Assembly: GCA_963789395.1 (NCBI GenBank)
Contig: CAWBKP010000004.1
Location: 1 to 64,000, forward strand
Source of the DNA: an uncultured delta proteobacterium
GTDB lineage: Bacteria; Desulfobacterota; Desulfobacteria; Desulfobacterales; Desulfatirhabdiaceae
DNA length: 64,000 nt
Reading direction: 5' to 3'
Shown here piece by piece: positions 56,245-64,000 of this stretch; position 1 is the first letter of the stretch, and each line of letters opens with the position of its first letter. The position numbers and the translations under genes were made by a program. Below the pieces are notes generated by a model. The model saw nothing but the letters and a program-made list of their open reading frames with translations, had not been told where the DNA came from and searched no databases.

Positions 56245-57405
56245 ATGGCAAGAATACTGATTGCAGACGATGAAGCCATTTTAACCCTGTATCTGGAAGA
56301 GATACTGAGCATGCTCGAACATGATGTCGTGGGCTCGGCCTCATCCGGACAGGAAGCCATGGATATGGCCAGGGAACTGTCTCCGGACATCGTCATCATG
56401 GACATCTCCATGCCCGGGGAAATGGATGGCATTGAAGCCGCCGAGATCATCCGGTCCACCCTGGGTATCCCATCGATTTTCATGACGGCGCATTCCGAAA
56501 TTCCAGATCATCGAAAAATCCAGGCAGGCGGATCCCTACGGGTATCTCATCAAGCCCGTTCAGAATATCGGAACCCGGATCGTTGTGGACAGCGCGCTCA
56601 GCCGTCTTTACGCCGAACGCAAACTGCGGGAAAACGAGCAGCGCTTCAGCGACATCGTTTACAGCATGGCCGACTGGGTATGGGAAACGGATGAAACCGG
56701 AAGATACACTTACGCAGCCGGGAACAAAAAAGACATTCTGGGGTACGCGCCGGAAGAGCTGATCGGGAAAACGCCCTGTGATCTGGTGTCTGAAAGAAAC
56801 CGGTGACGCATTGCCGCTTTTTTCAAAGACAAGGCTTCCCGAAAAGAAGCTTTTTTCAACAAGGAGTCCTGGGGGCTGAGTAAAAATGGGACCCGGGTCT
56901 GCATTCAGACTACGGGGATTCCCATCCTGGATAAGAACGGCGGAATCAAGGGATATCGCGGAATCAATAAAGACATCACCGTTACCAAAAATACGTCCTA
57001 TGCCCTGAAGGAGTTTGAAAACCGGTTTCGGTCCGTCATGGATTATCTGAAAATCGGGATTGACACTGATCGGTCCGGACATGGAAGATACTCGGCACCA
57101 ATCACACCATGGAAAGCTGGTTTCCCATGCACGGGTCTTCGGAGAACCGCGAACTGCTATCACGTCTATCGAAACAAACACCAGAACGAACCCTGCCCGG
57201 ACTGCACGGTGGTGCCGACACATGAAGGACGGTCTGGTTCACGAAAACCACATCTGAAATCGACACGAAGGCCGGCAGGCGGTGTTTGCGCCGGATATCC
57301 TTTCCGGTGATTAGCCAGGAGGGAGACATCATTGCCGCCATTGTTCTCATCATGGACGTCACGGAGAGAAAATCTCCGAGTGAACATCGATCCCGTATTT
57401 CCTGA
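56245..57405 (+). CDS. Receiver-PAS-PAS protein with no output domain (frameshifted)
   Basis: [10 protein letters not shown]...[46 protein letters not shown] overlapping the convergent gene. Confidence 0.7.
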
Positions 57406-58732
57406 TGCGCTTCCATATCGTCACCCGGCTGACTTCCAGAATTCGCGCGGCTTCGGACTGATTGCCGCTGACCTGGCGAAGGATTCGAATCAACTGTTCC
57501 CGCTCCCGCGAATTTTCCGGATGCTCCAGGGGAATTTTTGATGCCCTGGTTTCCGGATGCACGATTTTGACGGGCAGATGCCCGGCCTCGATCCACCCGC
57601 CGGAACACAGCACAAATGCGTATTCAATGGCATTGCGAAGTTCCCGGACATTTCCCGGCCAGGAATAGGCCATCAGTTTTTCCATGGCTTCGGATGTAAG
57701 CCCCAGAATTTTTTTCCCGCTTTTTTTCATGTTCTGTTCAATAAAATTCTGGACAATCATGGGAATGTCTTCTTTTCGTTCGCAAAGCGCAGGACAGCGC
57801 AGCGGAAACACGTTGATCCGGAAAAAGAGGTCTTCCCGGAAAACGCCCTGAGCGATCAATGCATCCAGGTCCCGGTTGGTGGCGGAAATAATCCGGACAT
57901 CGACCGGAATGCTCTTATGGTCTCCCACCCGCTCGATTTCCTTTTCCTCCAGAACCCGCAGCAGTTTGACCTGGGTCTTTAAGGGAATGTCGCCGATTTC
58001 ATCCAGAAAAATCGTTCCCTCGTGAGCCGCTTCAAACCGGCCGGCCCGCGACCGGTCCGCGCCGGTATAGGCGCCTTTCACGTGTCCAAACAGCTCGCTT
58101 TCCAGAAGATTTTCATTCAGGGCGGCACAGTTTACCTTGACAAACGGCTTGCTGCGCCGTAAGCTGACATCATGGATGGCTCTTGCCACCAGTTCCTTTC
58201 CCGTGCCGCTCTGGCCCTGTATCATCACCGGCGCATCCGAAAGGGCGACGTTTTCGATGAGCTCAAACAGTCGCTGCATGGCTGGAGACTGTCCCAAGAT
58301 TCCCTGGTATCCATCATCAACATGAAAGGTTTTGCGAAGGGACATGATTTCCTGCTGCTGACGAACAATCTCGGACATATCCGTAAACGTTTCCACAGCC
58401 CCAATCGCGCGTCCGTCCGAATCTCTCAGCACAGAGGCGTTCTTGATGATTTGAACCGCCCGCCCGTCCTTTCGAACAATAACACATTTTTTTGCCCGGG
58501 CTTCACCCTTTAGAAAAAGCTTGCACCATTTTTCGCCAACGCCCTGGTTAAACACATCACAACCCGTACAGTTCAGCTCCCGGCAATTGCTTCCGATCAA
58601 TTCTTCCGCCGAATAACCGGTAAGTTTTTCGGCCGCCGGGTTCACGGCCACGATATTTCCACCGGAATCGACAACCATAAGCCCGTCCTGAAGGGTATCC
58701 ACAATGGTTTTCCAGTACCTGGCGATGTCCAT
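57359..58732 (-). CDS. PAS-domain sigma54-dependent transcriptional activator
   Basis: [42 protein letters not shown]-terminal HTH. Confidence 0.95.
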   Translation of the reverse strand: MDIARYWKTIVDTLQDGLMVVDSGGNIVAVNPAAEKLTGYSAEELIGSNCRELNCTGCDVFNQGVGEKWCKLFLKGEARAKKCVIVRKDGRAVQIIKNASVLRDSDGRAIGAVETFTDMSEIVRQQQEIMSLRKTFHVDDGYQGILGQSPAMQRLFELIENVALSDAPVMIQGQSGTGKELVARAIHDVSLRRSKPFVKVNCAALNENLLESELFGHVKGAYTGADRSRAGRFEAAHEGTIFLDEIGDIPLKTQVKLLRVLEEKEIERVGDHKSIPVDVRIISATNRDLDALIAQGVFREDLFFRINVFPLRCPALCERKEDIPMIVQNFIEQNMKKSGKKILGLTSEAMEKLMAYSWPGNVRELRNAIEYAFVLCSGGWIEAGHLPVKIVHPETRASKIPLEHPENSREREQLIRILRQVSGNQSEAARILEVSRVTIWKRIRKYGIDVHSEIFSP

Positions 58733-58792
58733 AGATTCAATATCCTTTCATAAGCATGCATGGCAGCGCAGCTGTCGGTTCCGTTTCGCATC

Positions 58793-58828
58793 TGTAACCC
58801 TGTTAAGTTAACACTTGTTAACATAACA
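58793..58828. promoter_or_regulatory. Candidate enhancer (UAS) palindromes
   Basis: TGTTAA-G-TTAACA (58801-58813) and TGTTAACATAACA (58816-58828). Confidence 0.6.
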
Positions 58829-58933
58829 ATTAATCCGCATTTGATCAAGCAGCGTTTATCCTTACAGATGCAGGATGAAAACATAATCAATTCAGCGATG
58901 TTTCGGCGATCGGCTTTCCTGATTTTTAAACTC

Positions 58934-58949
58934 TGGCATATTTATTGCT
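58934..58949 (+). promoter_or_regulatory. Sigma54 -24/-12 promoter
   Basis: TGGCATATTTATTGCT = GG-N10-GC, divergent from a sigma54 activator gene. Confidence 0.8.
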
Positions 58950-58990
58950 CTATATCAGAAACAACTCAAACCGATCAACAGGAGGTGAAC

Positions 58991-60705
58991 ATGAAGAAAA
59001 AAAACTCGGCAGGAACAGGGACCCGCAAAATTTTTACGGCGGTCCTGATTTCATTTTTTCTGATGATGGGGTTTCCGCCTGAAAGTCCGGCGGCTGACGA
59101 TGTGGATGAACTGAAAAAACAGCTCCAAACACTCAGCGAAATGATGAAAACCTTACAGGAAAAACTGGACAAGGTGGAAAAACAAAGTGCCAGCAAGGAA
59201 ACCGAAATCAAGGAAATGGACAAGCGCCTGAACAAGGCGGAGCTTCACACGGCATCCGATAAAATTTCCTTTGGCGTGGATCTGAGGTCCGAGGCCCAAT
59301 CCATTCATTACGAAGATGTCCGCATGGCCCCGGCATCGGTCATCAATGCTTTTTTTGCGCCTGCCCCTCAGGGATTTAACGGCGCAACCCAGCAGCAGAT
59401 TCAGCAGGCCATGGCCGGCATGAAGGCTGCCGGCATGGTTCCGGCGCCCAACACCTATGATGCGGACAATGACATCATTTACACCAGCCGGTTTCGCATG
59501 AACATGAAAGCCACGATCAATCCGCATCTGGATTTTGCCGGCAGACTGGCCGCTTATAAGGTTTGGGGAGACAGCTCCGGCGTTCAGTTCAATCACGGCA
59601 GCTTGGGGGAGGTTACCTTTGACGGCAACACCTCCAGCCTTCCCCATGGGGATACGGTCCATGTGGAGCGGGCCTATTTCAATTACAAGCAGGACGTCGG
59701 CAATGTTCCCATCAACTTTTCCCTTGGAAGACGGCCTTCAACCGAAGGCCCGCCGCTGGAATACGGCGACTACAGCCTGGAAGGCGGCTCTCCTCTTGCC
59801 ACCATCATCAACTGGCAGTTTGACGGCGCCTCCCTGACCTTTGGCCTGGAAGATGTCACCGGCATTCCGGGACAGGCATTCAAGCTCTGCTACGGGGTCG
59901 GTTTTGAAGGCGACTGGGGCAACAGCTATTCCATGACCAGCACTTCGGACGTGAACGATGTTCACATGTTCGGCTTTATTGCCGACCTCTTTGACAATGA
60001 AACCACCAGCGCAGTTCTGAATTACGCGCATGCCTGGGATGTTACCGACGGATTTACAGGGCTTACGGTCATGCCGTTTATTGTTTCCGTGGATGGCAAC
60101 AATCAATATTATTTTACCCCCAACAGCGGCGGCTATATCAGCCGCATGCAGCCGTCCACCAATATCGGCGACTGGGATGCCGCTATCGCTGCTGCTAAAG
60201 ACCAATCTGTCTGAAAAACTGGCCAATATCGATTTGTTTTTTGCGCCCTCCTGGAGCCATACCAGCCCCTCCCAGATATCCAAAAATCCTTATTATGCAT
60301 TGATGGGACAGGGCCTTTTGAGTTCAAACGGCGATCTTCAGTCCCGGGACGGTTACAGTATCTATACCGGCGCGATCTTTCCCATGCCGCTGGAAGCCAG
60401 GCTGGGTCTGGAATATAACTGGGGATCCCAATACTGGTTCAATTTTACCGGCGCCGAAGATTCCCTGGTCGGCAGCAAGCTGGCAGCCAGAGGACAGGTT
60501 TTTGAAGGTTACTATATTCAGCCCATTTACAAGGACAATTTTTTTGTCAAACTCGGCGGCCAGTATTACGATTATGATTATACCGGCAGCGGCAATCCGC
60601 TGGGTGAACCCGTCAAGCATCACCGACGCCACCGCCTTTGATTCGCTGAATGCCATCATCGACAAAGCCTGGCTCGCATACCTGTCGGCAACCATTCGCT
60701 TTTAA
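58991..60705 (+). CDS. DUF3373-like exported/outer-membrane beta-barrel protein (frameshifts)
   Basis: Signal peptide, coiled coil, SRFRMNM, VERAYF, GRRPSTEGPP, SKLAARG, YTGSGNPLG, C-terminal Phe. Confidence 0.75.
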
Positions 60706-60749
60706 CCATAACCCCTCAAACCCTATTGATCTTTCAAGGAGAAGAAAAA

Positions 60750-61082
60750 ATGAAACGCACGATTATAACCCTTGTGTCTCTGGCGCTGGTTTTCGTATTT
60801 GCAGGCAGCCTTCTGGCAACAGACAAAGGCAACAGCCGGAAAGGGAAATACACTTTTCGAAAAAGCTGCCGCGATTGCCATGTGGAAGGCGGCAAAGCCC
60901 AGGAAATGAGCCCTTCCAACAAAACCCAGGCCCAGTGGGATGCTGTTTTTGCCAAAGACAAATACAAGGAATTTCCCTGCAAGGCCGAATGGGACAAGCT
61001 GACCCCGGAAGATCTCGGCGATATCTACGCCTACATGTATGAACATGCGTTTGACTCGCCGTCGCCGGCAAAATGTAAATAG
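60750..61082 (+). CDS. Periplasmic monoheme cytochrome c
   Basis: Signal peptide, GN..KGKY.FRKSCRDCH, HAFDSPSP. Confidence 0.85.
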   Translation: MKRTIITLVSLALVFVFAGSLLATDKGNSRKGKYTFRKSCRDCHVEGGKAQEMSPSNKTQAQWDAVFAKDKYKEFPCKAEWDKLTPEDLGDIYAYMYEHAFDSPSPAKCK

Positions 61083-61192
61083 ACAAGACAGGCTGATGGG
61101 CTTGATAGGCATGACTGCTATGATTTTTGACAATCAGCCTATTCGACCTGCAGCCTTCGGCCGTATCCAGCCCACTATCAAGGAGACGTTTC

Positions 61193-63400
61193 ATGACATC
61201 CCCCATCGAAACCCCGCTTTCGCGCCGCAGTTTTCTCAAATGGTCGGGAGCAGCCACCGCCGCAGCCGCAGTGGGCGGCAAGGCGCCGGTGCTGTCATGC
61301 GCTGACGCCCGATGAACCAAAGAAGCCTTCCGCAAAGCCCGAATCCCGGTATTCGGTGTGCGGCATGTGCCTGAATGCCTGCGGACTCGTTGCAAGGGTT
61401 GAAAACGGCGTGATCACCAAGCTGGATCCCAATCAGAAATTCCTGAAATCCCGGGGAATGCTCTGCGCCCGGGGCAACGCCGGCATTCAGCAGCTCTATG
61501 ATCCCGATCGCCTCAAATACCCGCTGCTTCGAAAAGGCGAGCGGGGAGAAGGCAAATGGGAACGGATTTCCTGGGACCAGGCACTGGATCTTGCCGCCGC
61601 CAAACTGATGGAGATTGCCGAAAAATATACCCGCTGCGGGGTCATGTTTACGCCGGGTTCGGATTCCCAGTCCCTCTTTGTTCACTGGTTTGCCGAAGTC
61701 TTTGGCTCATATAACGTCACCACCCACGAATCCTCCTGTCTCTTAAGCCGGAACCGGGCCTATCTGGACACGTTCGGCGAAGTGCCGTTTGCGGATGTGC
61801 TGCATACCAAATATATCATCATTGTCGGGGCCAATCCTTTTGAAGCCCTGATCACACCGGACAGCATCGATTTGATGACGGCAAAGAAAAACGGCTGCAA
61901 AATCGTTGTCCTGGATCCCCGGTTTACCAAGACCGCGGGCCTTGCCCATGAATGGCACCCCATCCGGCCCGGAACGGATATGGCGTTTTTTCTGGCCCTC
62001 AGCCATGTCATCACCTCGGAAAAACTCTACAGCGAAACCTATGCCCAGGAAAAACTCTTCGGCATGGAACAGCTGACAGAACATGTCCGCCAGTATTCTC
62101 CGGAATGGGCTGAAAAAGAATGCGAGATTCCGGCTGCCGATATCCGCCGGATCGCCAGGGAACTGGCTGCTGCCGCGCCGACGGCCATCGTCTACCCCGG
62201 CCGAAGAACCTCGGATTATGTCAATTCCACCCAGATCCGGCGATCCATGGCCATTGTCAACGCGCTTCTGGGCAACTGGGACACCCCCGGCGGCCTGCTG
62301 GCAGCCAGACAGGTCGGTCTTTCCGGCCCGGAACTTCCCGAAGCCCCTTTTTATGACGACAATCCGGAACACCGGCTGGACAAAGGCATGGCTCACATGA
62401 TGTTTGAGGAAGAAGGCGCTTTCAAACACATGCGGGATGCCATTATCAGCCAGAAACCCTATCCGGTGAAAGGCTGGTTCATCTATCGGTACAATCCCCT
62501 TCAGTCCGCGGCCAACCGCCAGAAAACCATCGAAATGATGAAGCAGCTCGATTTTATGGTCACCGTGGACATCGCCATGAGCGATACGGCCTGGATGTCG
62601 GATCTGGTTCTGCCGGCACCCAGCGTTCTGGAACGCCAGGACCCTGCCAGCGGCCTTCAGGGATCGGCGGCCTGCGCCTGTGTGGTGGCCCGTGACCCGG
62701 TGGTTCCGGCGCTTTTTGAATCCAGGCCCGTATTCGAAATTCTTAAAGGGGCTGGCCGGCCGGATGAAGCTGGCCGAATATTTTGACTTTACCATGGAAG
62801 AATACCGCAAACAGCAGTTCAAACATCCTTCCGGACGCCGAACGCGCCATCCGGGAAGACGGGGTATATTACAATCCCAGCAAGCTTTACGGGATTTATG
62901 AGGGAAAAATTTATAAAACCCTTTCCAAGAAAATCGAACTTTACAATGAACGATATGCCCAGATGGGGGTCGATCCCCTGCCGGTTTATCAGCCGCCCAC
63001 GCCCAATCCCGTGAACCAGTTCCGTCTGGTGGTGGGACGAAACGCCTATTTTACCCACTGCACCACCCAGAACAATGCGCTGCTGAATGAGCTCATGCCG
63101 GACAATTCCCTGTGGATGCACCCCGTGGCTGCCAGAAAACTGGGCCTCAAAAACGGCGAACGGGTCGAGGTCTCCAGCAAGGCCGGAAAAGGCGAGCTCA
63201 GCGTCAGCCTGAACAACGGCATCCGCGAAGATACGGTCTATATGGCCAGCGGGTTTGGCGTGCTTTCCAAAGGCCTGACCCGGATTTACGGCAAAGGGGC
63301 CTGTATTGCGGAATTGATTGAAGATTATGCCGATGCGATTTCCGGCAACATGGCCATGCATGAAACCTTTATCCGGGTGGCCAGAAAGGAAGCGGCATGA
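61193..63400 (+). CDS. Tat-exported molybdopterin oxidoreductase, thiosulfate/polysulfide reductase (PhsA/PsrA)-like
   Basis: SRRSFLK, CGMCLNACG...LCARG, DPDRLKYPL, THESSC (Cys ligand), SDTAWMSDLVLP; frameshifts. Confidence 0.85.
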
Positions 63401-64000
63401 ACAAACAACTGGCAATGGTCATTGATTCATCGGCATGCATCGACTGCAGGGCCTGCACCCTGGCCTGCAAGGTGGAAAACAACGTGCCCGAAGGAAAGTG
63501 GCGAAACTGGGTCAAACGGAGCGAGCCGGATTTCAATAACCCGGACTGGATGACGCTGTCACCCGCCGTTTCGTTTCAGCCCGGCGGCTGCATGCACTGC
63601 GACGTTCCCACCTGCGTTCAAGCCTGTCCGACAGGCGCCACTTACAAAGACAATAAAGACGGTGCGGTCAAGGTTGACCCCAGGCTCTGCATCGGCTGCG
63701 GCAGCTGTATTCCGGCCTGCCCCTACGGCGCCAGGTATCGGCATCCCGCCAAGAACATCGTGGACAAATGCGATTACTGCCAGCAGCGGCGGGAACGCGG
63801 GGAGCTTCCCGCCTGTGTGGTCACCTGTCCCACAAAAGCCAGGGTCTTCGGGGATATCAACGATCCCAAAAGCGATGCAGCCCTGCTGCTGAAGAAAAAC
63901 CGGAGCGTTCGCGTCATCAACAAAGAATCGGACACCCGACCCAACATGTATTATCTGTCTGCTACCGCTCCCTTGAACTGGCCGGTCAAGGCCAGAATGC
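63397..64000 (+). CDS. 4Fe-4S dicluster subunit (PsrB/PhsB-like), runs off the window
   Basis: MNKQLAMVIDSSACIDCRACTLACK, CMHC...CVQACPTGA, CIGCGSCIPACPYGA, KCDYC..PACVVTCP. Confidence 0.9.
   Translation, partial: MNKQLAMVIDSSACIDCRACTLACKVENNVPEGKWRNWVKRSEPDFNNPDWMTLSPAVSFQPGGCMHCDVPTCVQACPTGATYKDNKDGAVKVDPRLCIGCGSCIPACPYGARYRHPAKNIVDKCDYCQQRRERGELPACVVTCPTKARVFGDINDPKSDAALLLKKNRSVRVINKESDTRPNMYYLSATAPLNWPVKARM

Noticed and set aside
55981..56694. CCG-domain/receiver fusion
   Set aside because: The receiver has its own RBS (AAGGA) and ATG at 56245; read-through is probably an indel artefact.
24172..63400. Apparent mass pseudogenisation (recN, feoB, mltA, ABC genes, psrA)
   Set aside because: Single-base indels, often near homopolymers, with conserved sequence on both sides point to long-read error rather than decay.
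1..64000. tRNA/rRNA genes and island att sites
   Set aside because: None recognised by eye.

Overview
64-kb window from a Desulfobacterales-like (sulfate-reducer-type) deltaproteobacterium, inferred from gene content. Many genes carry single-base frameshifts that look like uncorrected long-read errors. Bases 1 to ~23.6 kb form an accessory region. It holds tandem tyrosine recombinases hit by IS701- and IS3-family elements, orphan PAS histidine kinases, two trehalose-6-phosphate (OtsA/OtsB) systems and a secreted 7x51-aa repeat protein. It also holds the best candidate for a novel system, a radical-SAM RiPP cluster at 17.9-21.1 kb. The precursor has a twin-arginine (Tat)-like leader and a Gly-rich core with seven W-x-N motifs (triceptide/cyclophane-like). 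It is followed by a SPASM-like partner lacking the radical-SAM motif and a radical SAM/SPASM maturase, with no peptidase or transporter. From ~23.7 kb the content is core-like: a PerR/rubrerythrin cluster, recN, Fur-FeoA/feoA/feoB, a double ATP-grasp ligase, an amino-acid ABC transporter, two FAD/Fe-S oxidoreductases, mltA, rmuC and moaC. The window ends with a sigma54 activator facing a DUF3373-like protein, a cytochrome c and a Psr/Phs-type molybdoenzyme. A small ORF absent from the ORF track (48045-48224) has an in-frame UGA followed by a SECIS-like hairpin and is a candidate selenoprotein leading an ECF sigma/anti-sigma operon. Family names come from motif recognition only; no database search was run.
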